Part shown: positions 1 to 13,176 of the stretch, piece by piece
How positions within the stretch are numbered: position 1 is the stretch's first letter
Layout: every line of letters starts with the position of its first letter
Assembly: GCA_051294905.1 (NCBI GenBank)
Contig: CM119375.1
Coordinates: 558,001 to 622,000, forward strand
Length of the DNA: 64,000 nucleotides
Direction of reading: 5' to 3'
Source of the DNA: Botryllus schlosseri
Taxonomy: Eukaryota
Program-made: the position numbers and the translations under genes
The notes under the pieces: model-generated
Told to the model about the DNA's origin: nothing
The model's database searches: none
What the model saw: the letters and a program-made list of their open reading frames with translations, nothing else

Positions 1-188
1 AGTTTGGGGTGTGGCAGTTACGGATGTGGCAATAATGCAAATCGTTGGGTGCGATGAATAGTCCTGCGTAGAGTTTGACAATGGGTGTATGATGACGTAA
101 CAAGCAAAAGCATTAAACCTTTTCATCGCAAGCCTTATATTGTCTTCCAATATCTCTTCTGAAATTAGTTCTAAAAAGCAAAACAAAT

Positions 189-347
189 GTAATCGTGAGT
201 AATCGTGATTACTTTTGAAATGTAATCGTAATCGTAATCGACTACTTCCTGATTTTGCTGTAATCGTAATCGTAATCGTAATCGCGGGATTCACAAGTAA
301 TCGTAATCGCAATCGATTACATTCGCGAAGTAATCACCCCATGTCTG
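189..347. repeat. (GTAATC)n hexamer array in a MITE subterminal region
   Basis: Interrupted gtaatc runs ending at a TIR-like ccccatgtctg. Confidence 0.65.
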
Positions 348-644
348 GCGTGGACATGGACACCCTTGTCGGATAAAATTCATTGATTTCTTTAACTGCA
401 CAACCAGGGTTAAATCCGTATCCTGACCGTGAAATTCTGACTATAAGGTTACCTGACCTTTCATGAACCCCTTAAAACTGGTTTGCGGATCCCATGGGTC
501 CACGGACTCCGGGTTGACAACACATGACCCAGAGCATATAAATAAGAGGTATGCACACTGTACGTAAAGCAATGAAGAATAACATAATGACAAGCGTGGA
601 AAATTAATGTGGCATGTGCAGTACACTGTACAGTTAGTATATGT

Positions 645-1035
645 TTGTTAACCATTTTCATCATTTCGAAGCACCACAAAATTGCGATACAATGAGAAGA
701 TAGGAAGGCGCCGAAACGACGGAGTAGTCTTTGAAATCAGACATCCACCCGGGCCTAGGCTATGTAAAGAGGAGGTATACACACTGAATGAAGAGTAGAA
801 GAAAGTAAAACGAAAAGACAAGCGACAAAATGAGGTGTCACGTGACGGAATGCGAGAACGATATCTCAGGTCATGGTCCGATAAATTCAAGGGCTGACTA
901 GTAGGCCCATTTATTGAGTAGAAATTATTTGTATTTCGACTTGAATGTGGACATGCTCGATGACTGTCGGTTAGCCGGCGACATACTGTTTCACAAATCA
1001 GGTCCGGCATATTTGATTGAGCGACGATCCTTCCA
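645..1035 (-). mobile_element. LINE 3' end (RT tail plus UTR)
   Basis: Minus strand encodes an IKYAGPDLWN-type RT end followed by a UTR homologous to 45330-45620. Confidence 0.8.
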
Positions 1036-1789
1036 GTCAACGGTATGTACGTTTTACGTAGCCTACTTATGCGCTTATGATTCCGAAGTATAAAGAAGAC
1101 ATTGAAATTTTTGGGGTTGTGACTGCAAACTAATACCTAAATTTGCATTTACTATGCATTTATGGCGGTTACGCATTTATTTATTAGTAAATTTTTCAAA
1201 TAAATGATAGAATTGAAAAGAAACGAAACATAAACTTAATCTAAACGTGCATACTTAGCAGTTAGCACTACATCCAAGTCACAGTGAGTTGATACAACAA
1301 CGTGCGGCATTACAGTAACTAGAACTGCCAGATGATACCTCAGACGCAGCTGCACGTGGCAGAAAATGCGATACCTTTGGCACGTCGTGGAATCCCAGGG
1401 CTACGGTATGCGAGCGTGGGGGGTCTATTCGGCGCAGAAGATCTGGGTCACGGTCGCTGGGTCTGGCCGATCGTAAAAGGCGGTTGGTCGTGGCTCCGAA
1501 CGTGTGCCCGCATTGGTACTTGTACTGGTGCTTGTGCCCGGCGTATCTGAAATTCGAGTGGTCTTGGATATTTAGGGTAAGCCCAGGGATGTATTTAATG
1601 TGAATTTAGTCATCACAATGACCACGCGCAGTCAATGGATTCCTAGAAACATAAACAACATGATAACAATGAGGCCGCGTCTATCGTAGACGATACGGGG
1701 CGTTGATAAACTGTCCGTATTGAAAGATTAATCGGAATTTCGAAAACTTTACTTCCATCACATTCACACCAATCACACGACACACAAAA

Positions 1790-2045
1790 ATACTAGTCAT
1801 CCCTCAAGATTACCGGACCTCGATCTGACATCAACCTCAACTATCGACACATGCGTCATTCATTTTCATCGCTATAGTTTTATGTTATCCCTTATTTCTT
1901 TCCATTGAATGTGCATGTGCAATGTGCATGCCTCTTATTTACATCGCCTAGGACCCGGTGGGTGTCTGATTTCAAAGACTAGTCCAAGTCGTTTCGGCGC
2001 CTTCCTATCTTTCATTTTGAAATTATAAAATTATTAACATACTGA
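1790..2045 (+). mobile_element. LINE 3' UTR fragment
   Basis: Contains ccctcaagattaccggacc, catcgcctagg and gtcgtttcggcgccttcctatctttc. Confidence 0.75.
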
Positions 2046-2589
2046 TATCTGACACCTATTTTTCAGCACGTGTTATCGCAAATCGTTATGGAATTCGAAA
2101 TCGTTTTATGTTATCCGATTTTAGACCACGGTGGAGATTCAGTCGGTCATTGATTGAAATTTTCAAAAACACCATAACATTTCTATATAATAAAGAGGTA
2201 GGATGGTTCCGAAACGACTATAGTAATAAATTAGTCTTTTAATATGACACACACCTTGGACTATGAGGTATGTAGCCTATATACCGAATCAAACGTAGAA
2301 GATAACACAAAAGCATCAGCAATGAATGCTCTATAGTTAGTATAATGATTACTAAGCGGTTGAGCTCGACACGCAGTTTTTCAATTCTGCATTCAGCGCT
2401 TTGCCCGCTATGTACGTACACTATAACCTGCATTCAAAAACGAAATCAAAGCATATATAATCGACACTATTCTTTGTGCTGATATATGTGGATCGCGTGG
2501 CTCGTATATGCTAAATTTTATGTGACCATTCTCTGCGTACGTACAGCAGGTCTACACTTCTTTGCAACATGTTTGTCCTGCTATTTGAA

Positions 2590-2810
2590 GAGCAAGGTGG
2601 GTGTCTGATTTCAAATATTACAAGTTGTTTCGACACCCTCCTATCTTTTCATTGTATCGCAAAATCTTATGTGGTGTATTGGTCTGACGAAATTATTAAT
2701 ATAATGATACTATACAAATGTGTTTGATTGATGTTAGGTTGCACCAAGTTATTGTTTCAACTACTTTTCTTCATTGTATCGCAATTTTGCGTTTTGTTGG
2801 AAGCCATGAA
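2590..2810 (+). mobile_element. LINE 3' UTR fragments
   Basis: Contains ggtgggtgtctgatt and ttcgacaccctcctatcttttcattgtatcgc. Confidence 0.65.
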
Positions 2811-5800
2811 AAAGGAACATAAACCTGCCTTCTATGGTTTATTTATCGCTCTAATTTTACTGTCTTTTAACTGTGTTATGAGATACATGTAACGATATCC
2901 GTTGCCACGATTCGTAAAATCATGAGTCGCATTGATGCCTGGTTTATTATTTTCAATTTATGACAAGTTCAGGAATAAATAACTCTCTCTCCCTCTCTCT
3001 CGATGGATTTGGTTCATTACAGCAATTACTATATATCGCACTCAACATGAAGTCAAATTCAGCGCGCGTAGCCATGTTACCCAAATTACGTGGGACAAAT
3101 CCTAAACATGTTATATTCCTCTCGCAACAAGCAGTTCGCAATTTCAAGACTCACCCCGGAATGTGATATGGCTCTTCTGCAGACAGCGAACTCCTTCTGA
3201 TATCCTGATATTTGTCTTCTGGCTTTAAAATTGACATCTGGAAAGGAAGCAGAAGCTCGTTGGACGATAATCTGTCGGAATCTCACCAATAAGTCCTTGC
3301 CTTGCGAGTTTTTTCCGTATGCGCTCGATCACAGAGAACCTTTATGCCATTCCGAACCGAAGTCTAGTTTTTTAGATCTGCCCGTATAGAATGGCATCAA
3401 CGAATCTCATATTTGCGGAGCCCAAATGGAGAAGAGATGTCGAATTAATTGGTCTTTTCTACACCTGGACAAAACTGAAAGGCTCTGGACTTGTCCAAAA
3501 TGCTTCTTCTTCGGTATTCGCTGTAAGTCACGAATGTTTCGACCTCAAACTCCAGAACTCCATAAGAAAAAAAAACGACTAATGACGATGGAAAAGAATA
3601 TCAAAAAGTTGTAAAATCTCGCGACTAAACTGACCGGAACCTCGAAAACCATAGTGGATTCCAAATCACTGAAAGTGGCGGGAAATGAACCTAGCTCGTA
3701 TGGGCAAACTCGAGAATCTGAGTATTAGGCGAGTATCACTCATTTTGACATCACAACAATATAAATATTGTGAATTGTTCAAATATATATCTTTCATACG
3801 ACCACAATGAAGATAATCCCAGTTCTTCTTCACATCTAGATTTTTGATATTTTTGACCATGCCTCTATACTTCATGCCTACTTTGTGACAATGCTGTGGG
3901 TCGATCACGAGATATGTCATTTCCAGTAACGTGCATAGCATTTGTACTACGTGTTTCGTATGCTGCGACACGACCAATCCAGGTTTCAACGCTTCCACAG
4001 TGAAAAATAGTATCCAAACTATAATTCTCGTGGATATATTAACTCTTGGAGGCAAGAAGAGTATGATCTCAGTACTCGAAAAATAATCTCTCACTGTTCG
4101 ACTCGAATCATTAGAACTAATACTCAGCCCTAGTTACGAAGTACATAAAACTTTCCTCGATTTATATTGGATCAAATCTAATATACGGACAAGAATTGCC
4201 CTCCTATGCTACCGATTCAGTTCACCACAACCGTACGAACATTGTTCAGTAATAAATCGCCCATTGTCTCATCGCTGTTTGTCGACCACAGTCTCCCCGC
4301 CTCGTCTTACCCTTACAAGGTGACAAACAAAAGGAAACATGATGAGGGCGGTCGGAACAAAAACAGCTGGTCGGCGACATTTTAAAGGGCCATTAATTAC
4401 AGTGATCCCGGTGACATTTTGTGGTGTTCCCGTGACTCCAGTTATTTCGGATAAAAAGTATAATTTTCTCTAAAAAAACAGTGGCTATATTAACCTTTGG
4501 GCGGATGCATGGACACTCTATCCATGAAATTCAGTTAAGCTGGTGACTAAAAAATGGTCATCACTTTTGTCCAGTCCTCATAATTGCAATCCTGTTGCCT
4601 AAAACGCTACCTCTGATGACTAAAAAATGTTATTACCCTCGCTTGTGACCTAAGGTAAAGCGAAAACAAGGACGTATCACAAATTTAGGTAATATCATGT
4701 TATAAAGGACACTGTAGTTTTATAATTGTAGTCTCCGCGTTAGCTTTCATGAACCCCCTATATTAAGACTATAGTCCATGGACCCCGGGTTAAGAACCCC
4801 TACTGTAAAAATCACTTTCTGGAACTTCAGTCGCTGTCTGATTCATCTCGCGCCCAAGAAGTCACTATAAACCCGTTTGCTTATATAAAAGTGTTGCCAA
4901 TTCAGTAAACATTAAATATTTATAGCCGATGATCCCACAATCCCGCGTTTCATCACGTATTTCACCAACAGGGCTGTAGTTAAAGACGAAAAACCTCTCA
5001 CTTCTAATCCCCAACGCGTGACGCTTATATTTGAATTGCTTACTTTTGTTAATTATGAATTGCCACCCGCTTCACTCTCTGATTAATTTAACGACCAAAC
5101 GTCTGTCGATCACGTTAAACTTTATAGTCCTTCGAATAATTAATTTCTCAGACTCATGCTTTTTGAAACGTCATCCTTTGAGGCCACTTTTTTTTCTGAA
5201 CCAACCATAAGCCTCTTCGCTCTACCCCTCATTTAAACAATCTGGTACAGCGCCATGTAACTTTAATGAAGTCCCGCGAAGTGAAATGATACGGAATTGT
5301 TATTTGTATAGTGTCGCTGAAATATTTTGTATAGCCACAAAGATTTATCGTTTCAATATTTGCAATTGCTTGTAACTGTTTCCTCATCGGTGCTAAGCTC
5401 TCTTATTCGGCATGAGTCTGCTTCGATATTATGGCCGATTCAGTGAGAAGAGAACATTTCAAGCATTTACAAATGGATAAAGGGATGTTAAGACTTAACA
5501 ATATCAGTAATTCAGTCCCTCTGCCCATATATCTATTGGCAAGAATCATGTTTCTGTACAGCTACACAGAACACGTTCTCCACAACGACAATTGCCATAG
5601 CAACAATGCAACCATACAAAAGACAGCCCGCCGAAAGTATCCGGGCTCTTAGCTATCGCAACAGACGGATCAACTAAACCAACAAATTGATTTGGATAGG
5701 GCTGAGTTAATCTCCGCTAATCCTGATCCGAGCTAGTTTGGAGTTATTTGGTAGAGTTATATCCGTTATTCGTTTCAAACTTTGTGTTTTGCTACCATGG

Positions 5801-5879
5801 TTGATAAACAATTTCGAAGTTTCTGATATCGTGGGATAAATTTACAATATCTTAATAAGTTACACGTCAGTTACTATTC

Positions 5880-6155
5880 AGCTCTCAAGTTTACCGGACC
5901 ACGACCTGACATATCGATCTCGTCTTCCGTCACATGCCATCTCATTTTGTCGCATGTACTTTTGTATATCTCATTTTACTTCTCTTTCAGTGTGCCTGTG
6001 CTTGTGCAATCTGCATGCCTACATTTTACAGCGCCTATACCAGGTTTGTGTCTGATTGTAAAGCTACTCCAAGTCGTTTCGACCCCTTCCTATCTTTTCA
6101 TTGTGTCGCAGTCTTGTAGTGTTTTGAAATGATTAAATTCCTAATAATACTGATA
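5880..6155 (+). mobile_element. LINE 3' UTR fragment
   Basis: Homologous to 45330-45620. The overlapping ORFs in the track are UTR artefacts. Confidence 0.75.
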
Positions 6156-6627
6156 CTGGTAAACTTGCTCCTGACCTCTGCACGTCACATTCACTCGTAA
6201 ATACGCTACTATACTAAGTACGATCTGATGTTGCTCACACAGTCATCGAATTCAATATTATTTCGAATACCAGCACGACTTTCATGTTATTAATTAGGCT
6301 GCACTCCTTTAATAACGTGAAGAATATGATATCAAAACGCAAAACGGATAATGAACATTTAATTAGATTTCGGTGACCCTATACGCCCGTGTGCTGGAGT
6401 CATGATGAGACTAATTGTGCGTTTCGCTTGAAACAATGCCAGGATTCCCCAGTGACGATAAAATGCTGCAAGTGATACTGTTTCACGTGTCATTTGTAAT
6501 GAAAACCCCATTTTTTAAAGTCAAATTCATCAACCTTCGGACGGTTCACGTAAATCCGACAGGACGAAAAGAAAGGGTTCGATCTGCGCGAAAATTCCAG
6601 AGGGTTGTACAAGAAAACAGAACCTGC

Positions 6628-6915
6628 ACATCATCATCATTGGTTTATTAGTAATTTTATCGGTTCAATACACCACAAAAATGCGATACAATGAAAAGAT
6701 AGGAAAGTGTCGAAGCGACTTGGAGTATAGTCTATGGATTCAGACACCCAACTTGGCCTAGGCGATGTAAAGAGGAGGCATGCACAATTGCACATTGCAC
6801 ACTGAATGAAAAGTAAAGAAGATAGTATAGAAAATGGCAAGCCCAGCAAGAAATGCGGTGGCATGGTATGGAAGGCGAGATCGATAGGTCAGTCGTGGTC
6901 CGGTAATCGAAGGCG
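6628..6915 (-). mobile_element. LINE 3' UTR with (GAT)n tail
   Basis: Reverse complement of the family UTR; tail seen as atcatcatcattgg at about 6630. Confidence 0.8.
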
Positions 6916-7354
6916 GACTAATATTCACAACCCGGGGATAGGTGCATTTGACTGATTCTAACCCATTGGACGGGTGTGAAAGCCCAATTTGATACATTAA
7001 TAAACCGTTTACCCCGCGCTATGGAGGAAATTGGATGATTACATCTATTTAACCCATGGATTTGCAGTGTATGAGCATGTTTTGTGAAATTGCCTATACG
7101 AGCATTTTCCATTGTAATCTTGACATCGATGGTCAAAATTACGAGTATTTCAATTGTATCGCGATAATAGCAAAGGAAGTTCAACACAAAACTAATGTGG
7201 TATTATAAATTATAGTGGGTTTTGAGATTAGGCCTACCGCTTGTTACAATTTCTCTCTTATGTCGCTGTTACATTCACGTTGACCTATAGTTTTAGATAA
7301 ATCCCGTGCAATGACTGAGTTCACCATATCTAATGAAACGCAAATGGTGATATT

Positions 7355-7680
7355 TAGGGTTACCATACACGTCCTCTTTTAAGAGTATTTGTCCTCTTTT
7401 TTTAAAGTGTCCTCGGAGGACGCCTAAATGTCATTTTTTTAATTTTTTTTTAAATGTACGTGGAAATTGAACTGAGATATAGTAAATCAGCGCTGAAGTG
7501 ACGGTCCGGCGGGCTTTTCGGGACTATAGTGTCAGAAAAATGACCTTTTTTCATTTTTAGTCATTCAACCACAAAATCGGGAAAAATTTACCACTTTTTC
7601 CAGATTTTACCCCAGCATTCTAAGTCTCAATATTTTCAAAAAGTGTCCTCTACACAGATATCCAAAATATGGTAACCCTA
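7355..7680. mobile_element. hAT-type MITE with TIR TAGGGTTACCATA
   Basis: TIR pair with near-perfect 8-bp TSD gtgatatt/gtaatatt. Relatives at 16458-16871, about 42810-43113, 46610-46903 and 51340-51560. Confidence 0.8.
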
Positions 7681-9805
7681 GTAATATTATTATTGCGAAT
7701 ATGAGTGATGCTTATCGCCTTCTGCGCCACGTTATTCGTCAGGAAATTCAAATCAAGCAGTAAATAAATGAGCTTATTACAACTTATTACGAACTCAGCA
7801 ACGGCGTTCGACAGTTGGGACAACAAAGGTATGTTGCGTTGGGGGAACGGGACATGTAACTGATAGCAATAATTTATAGAAACTCAAATGGTATATTTTG
7901 GTCTATGGTGCAAAATAGTTCATACGCTATAGCGAAGATTCTCTGGGCATACCCACGATAGACGCCGATTTCGGGGTTACGATAGGCGCCGAGTTACGCC
8001 CGTCACTATATTTACCCGTAAAAAGTGCTAAAACGCCACAATAAATTGTAATCTGTGATTAAATAATCAGACAATCGAAGCGACCTCGTTGAAGGCGTTG
8101 ATTTCGACACGCGTGCGCTGTGAAACACCATCTCCTCTCTCGACCAGACGAGCAAATTCACGTTCTCATCTAAATGAAATTGTATTTGCGCCCATATTCG
8201 TTTACAAAATAATCGTTGAGATAGTTTCGTGATAGTCGTTTTAATTGAAGCGCGAAATTGGACAGTGCTGTGTTTGTATGCCTGCGAATTGAAAGTCATT
8301 CCTGCGCAGTGCGCATATTCATTACTCTAACAAGGCTTTGCCATCATTTATCGTCAAATGCAGCAATGCTGCTGAAACGCGCCATTATAATGAAAAAACA
8401 ATGGTCGCGATGTCAGACTCGGATCGGAACCCAATTGTACTGCACGCAAATTACGAATTACTGATTAGACGCGCGCTTTCTCGTTTGCAATGATCTGTAC
8501 TAATTCTTGTCTGCTTCAAACACTCGTATTCCCGCGATGCCACATGTCAGAGTTCAATTCGTTACTAATACGGCGCATTGTGTAGCGCACGACGTTGAAT
8601 TACGTTGTCAAACATTGGTGCAACTCGAGATTCTCGGTGGCGCAAATTCTGAATTTATTCGATCAGTTTGAACGGTGACCTTCTATATGTTCCAATAAAT
8701 TCATTGCTGCTGGACGGGCTCTATCGAGCGCAATGATATCGCGGATCGGATTTTAAACTATTGTGATTTGTATTTCTATTGACAAATTCGCGCCATGCGC
8801 CCATATTGCTCTTGCTGGAATGACACCTGGATAATTAAAATCTCACCATTTCACGATCAAATTCGACTGGCTTATATCGGGGCGTATACGTAGGCTGTAG
8901 ACCCCGGGCAGATATTTATCAGTGCGTTGTCGGTATTAAAACCCTAGGCGCGCAGCAAGCGAATTTCTCATTTAAAATTCGAAATCCCGTGCTTTGGAAA
9001 TGCCAATTCAATAATACGTATTATCGGTGCTGCGTATAGCAGTGTTGGGATCAAGTCACTACCTTCGAGTCACGAGTCATTTCGAGTCATTGCACATTTT
9101 GACTCGAGTCAAGTCAAGTCAATCGATTTTCGAAGGTGACTCGAGACAAGTCAAGTCAAGTCACTCGATTTTTGGAGGTGACTCGAGTCAAGTCAAGTCA
9201 CAATTCAAGTCAACTTACGTTTTCGAAGTATGAGGCATGTTTGCGTCATTGCATTTTGCTAGCTGTCTGAAATACAGATTGAGTGGTCTTTGATTTTAGC
9301 CGATGAACGAATATAGAGTTAAATATAGCCTTCACGCATAAAGGGGCTGTATCGCTCACATATACGTAGAACTGCTAAACTATGCAAGTAATTGCATAGC
9401 CACAGTATAGTTACCAGTCAAAATAGAGAGAACAGAGAAACGAATCGATAAGATGCAATACATACCCATTTACAAATTGATATGATACAATTCGAGCCCG
9501 CGCTAATGGTTGAGGACTATATAAACTATATTCGAATTCAATTTCAATAAAACAAGAGGTTTAGTTAAGGTAAGAACATAGAACAGAAATAAACATTTTG
9601 CTGTCAAATTACTTTTACTCTCCTTGTTTACGACAACGCAAACTGTAAGCTTCGATCACTTCGTTTGCGTTCAATTTATTTGTGAGAGAGGAGGCTCTAA
9701 AACGCACACTCATCATCATCATTGGTTTATTAGCAATTTGAATGATTGGTCGCTCTTACGGGTTACGCCAGCGTTTCACGAACAATCCGACCATATGCAA
9801 TATAC

Positions 9806-11252
9806 CAGTGGTCGGGAACCTTTTTCGTCCGAAGAGCCATATTGACCCTATATTTTACATTTGAACTCCCAAAGAGCCATACATGTCAATCAACTACTAC
9901 GTCACAATTGAAAAAGCGTGACGTCATGGTAGCGCAAATTCGAAATCACTACATGGGATTCGTCGTTTGCACCGTATTTTCCCTGTAAAAACTCGTACTA
10001 ATCATGCTGGTTGTCTTTATTTAAGTAATGAATAGGCTATGCAAAACTTGAGTTACATAGATCTTTTGCAAGTTATATATTTTAATTGTACTGCACTGAA
10101 AGGCCTGTGATATTTTTCTAAGCTTAAGACAATTACCATTTAGATATCCAACAGACCTAGACAACAGTAAACGTATGAATCTACTTTGTACCGGGTTTTA
10201 CTGTTAATGCGTCTTTTGGCGTTGCATGGCATTCCTGATGACTTTGCAGTCTGGTTGATAATTGTTAACGTTAATCTTCATACAAAATATGAGACTTTCT
10301 TCAGTCATACGAGATCGTAGGTTCGTCTTGATGCTAATCGTAAATGCGAGGACCCATGATTCGTAGGTGGGGCCAAACCTGGTCACTATGCAGCAGTCTA
10401 CATACCGAACCCACTGTAATGTGTGATGTGTCATTGACGTGGGGGTCATGGTAGGCAAGGTACGCAGTGCCTCACCTGTCCAATGAATGTTGAACATTTT
10501 TAGTACCAAAATCACGCAACTTGCCTATTTATTGTTCGAAAATAAAGCGTAAAAGGAGAGGTAAGGCATAGGTGAGGCACGGCCGGGCGATGCCTTATTA
10601 CCTGTGATAGCGCAATTCATCGTAAATATAGAATTTGTAATAACTGATATTAATCGAATGTAATTGTCGCACTGATTCCGATTCGAATTCTCAATTCCAA
10701 AGTATTCGGCGGCAACATAACGTGCACCGCACACCTACATTTTAACAGCGACTACAAAGCTACGTTATCAATCAAGAGCGTGGACATAGCTATGGCGTTG
10801 TTTGTAATTTGATTTTGTAATTGTGAAAGTCACTTCCACGGTAGTTCATTTCTCGCCGTAGATCAGGAAGACAATGTGTATTTGAAGAATGCATTGTGAT
10901 ACAGGTGTCGCCATGTCTCCCAGTCTCTGAGATCAATCAACGTATCGTGCAATCCAACATTTCGTGGTGGGTACATCGAACTCGTTCAGGAGTGATAGTT
11001 CGACAGTAACTTAAATTTGAGGATTTTGAAAAGGGGGTCCTAGCCCTAACTCCGAATACGCCACTGTATTAAACTCTCAAATACATGTTTATACTGCCAC
11101 AAGAATAATCATATATCTACTGGTCGTGCTGAAGATTTAATAACAAGTTGCTGCAATATTGATAAATTAAGCATAAGAAAAAAATTTCGCAAAGAGCCAT
11201 ACTTTATGCCCAAAAGAGCCATATATGGCGAGCCATAGGTTCCCGACCACTG
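9806..11252 (-). mobile_element. hAT (Charlie-type) internal-deletion derivative with transposase C-terminal remnant
   Basis: TIRs CAGTGGTCGGGAACCT / AGGTTCCCGACCACTG and a perfect 8-bp TSD CAATATAC (9798-9805, 11253-11260). Minus ORF 10204-10515 ends FGPTYESW...IKTNLRSRMTEESL...YQPD...MQRQKTH, resembling the hAT dimerisation domain (FGSTY...KSKLRSRLTDE). Confidence 0.85.
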
Positions 11253-11484
11253 CAATATACAGTGATTTTTATCAATACCGATTACTTGATGACTTGAAAT
11301 TGACTCGTGAATTTTGCTCCGAGAGTCGATCCACATTTCTGATACGCCGAGTCAAGTCAAGTCATTTTAGCAAAGTGACTTGAGTCAAGTCAAGTCATAC
11401 GAAAAGGTGACTCGAGTCATTCACTGAGCAGCATTTATTAAGAACGTAATTTGGAAATAAAATTAAAATACGCTGGAGACTACT

Positions 11485-11590
11485 CCTTGTCGCTTCGACA
11501 TCTTCCTGGCTTTTCATTGTATCGCATTTTTTGTGGTGTATTGAACTGATAAAATTGCTAATAAACCAATGATGATGATGATGATGATGA
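11485..11590 (+). mobile_element. LINE extreme 3' end with long (GAT)n tail
   Basis: gtcgcttcgacatcttcc through ctaataaaccaatgatgatgatgatgatgatga. Confidence 0.8.
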
Positions 11591-11689
11591 GAATACAGCT
11601 AAAAATTTTCACTCGGCCCGCCAATGTATTTTCTACTTCTCATTTGGCCCGCGGAGGTAAATAATTGCCCACCCCTGGTCTAGGGATTG

Positions 11690-11815
11690 AATATGACTCT
11701 TACAGGACATGTCCGAGTCCAGTAAAACCCCGAGATGTTTGGCATTTTCTGTGTTGGAAACGGGCTGACCAGGGATGTTAACCGTTAGGTTATTTTTTGA
11801 ATTTACTGACAGCAA
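11690..11815 (-). mobile_element. LINE RT fragment
   Basis: Peptide NAKHLGVLLDSDMSCKSHIQS; homologous to about 60960-61073. Confidence 0.75.
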
Positions 11816-12149
11816 TTGGGATTTCGAGGCGTTTATACAAAGGTTATTTTGGGCCGTCCACTCATGCACTTTGGGCATTCGGTCACTAGTCAGGGAATAA
11901 TAATAATCGTCGGGTTATATTTTTCATCGCATTGTAGCCTACATTGTCTTGAAAGGATGAAAATATACGATATGACGATTATTACGACGATTATTGCTGT
12001 CTCATATTTGCATCGCCTAGGCCCCTGCACCATCGAGATGCTTTGACGACGGAGTTGCGATACGGCCCACCCACTATACCCTCTACCTACCGATCTAGAA
12101 GCCGGACGCATATAACCACTATCTCGCTCGGTGAGCGTCCATTTCAAAG

Positions 12150-12242
12150 TCGCTTCGACACCTTCCTATCTTTCATTGTATCGTATTTTTGTGGTGTATT
12201 GAAGTGATAAAATTGCTAATAGACCAATGATGATGATGATTG
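12150..12242 (+). mobile_element. LINE extreme 3' end
   Basis: gtcgcttcgacaccttcctatc through ccaatgatgatgatgat. Confidence 0.75.
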
Positions 12243-12474
12243 TGATGTTTTGAAATGATAAAGTTAGCAATAAACTGACACTGACAGGCTTACTTGATTG
12301 ACCGAATGCCCGCCTCCTAAGCCGAAGAACTGTGAAATAATCTCGAAGAAGCCGTCGCGACTCAGGTCGACCGCCCGTGACGTAGCTGGCTTTGGTGCTT
12401 TGAGTGACTTTGCTTGCGCGTTTCTTGTGTAACAAGTCATATTCTCACCGTAATTGCAACTAAAACTGGCAGAT

Positions 12475-12798
12475 ATGCTGACGAGAGTAGCCACGCATTC
12501 GATGTCTAACTTATCGCGACAATTCAGCAAGAAGCTTTTGACAAATAATGGAGCGCGATGCGTCGGTCGTAGATACATGAGCGGTCACGGACCGGACATT
12601 TCGAAGATGCAGGCGGCTGTTTATATTCTAATCTCGGGAGGAGTCTTCACTGCGATTGGAATGTACCAAGCTAGCAGCATGAGAAACAGAATAGAAGCTT
12701 TCGAAACTGGCAAGACGATCCCGTTCAAAACGATGACCGACGAGGAGTTTTTGGAGTTCAAACAAAGATTCCAAGAAATTCACTCTGAAGAAGAGTAA
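12475..12798 (+). CDS. Intronless 107-aa candidate mitochondrial single-pass membrane protein; family not recognised
   Basis: ATG at 12475 just after an AG acceptor (ggcag|atATG). N-terminus is R/K/S-rich and acid-free, ending RRYMSGHG (presequence-like). One hydrophobic segment (AAVYILISGGVFTAIGMY) and an acidic C-terminus. AATAAA at 12941-12946. Confidence 0.7.
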   Translation: MLTRVATHSMSNLSRQFSKKLLTNNGARCVGRRYMSGHGPDISKMQAAVYILISGGVFTAIGMYQASSMRNRIEAFETGKTIPFKTMTDEEFLEFKQRFQEIHSEEE

Positions 12799-13129
12799 AA
12801 TACTATTGAACTGACGTAGTTATGAGCGTGTTGTAGAAAAATATTGAATCTTTTATTGTCAAAAATGTTTGAAATTATCAACAACCGGTCGCTGAATTAA
12901 AACTTGAGTCACTGTTGTGGAAGAATGGATGATTAATGTAAATAAAATAGGCATTATGCTGATCACTTGCCGGTTGGCAATAATGTCTGCTCTGTCATTC
13001 AGATAATATTTCAGGCAGTGAATGGAAATATTGATAGTAAGCTTCTACTATCTGATTTTGATTATTATTATGCGTGTCTGATAAAATATAACATATGTTG
13101 TTAGAATGCGCATCTTGCATGACGTATTA

Positions 13130-13149
13130 CGCTTCTTTTATTTGTGTAG
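13130..13149 (+). promoter_or_regulatory. Unpaired splice acceptor upstream of the SMG6 ATG (candidate trans-splice site)
   Basis: cttctttatttgtgtAG ends at 13149, 27 nt before the ATG and about 200 nt after the upstream gene's AATAAA. Confidence 0.45.
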
Positions 13150-13176
13150 ATCGTAAATATTGAGATACCAAATAAA

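Noticed and set aside
189-330. (TAATCG)n runs as a telomere-like or CRISPR-like array
   Set aside because: Interrupted hexamers that end at a MITE TIR; no unique spacers and no telomere motif.
441-6997. Several 60-130 aa ORFs (e.g. 648-1040, 5934-6132, 6637-6997)
   Set aside because: They overlap copies of the LINE 3' UTR. The same pseudo-peptides recur at 44434-44666, 45386-45582 and 60173-60443.
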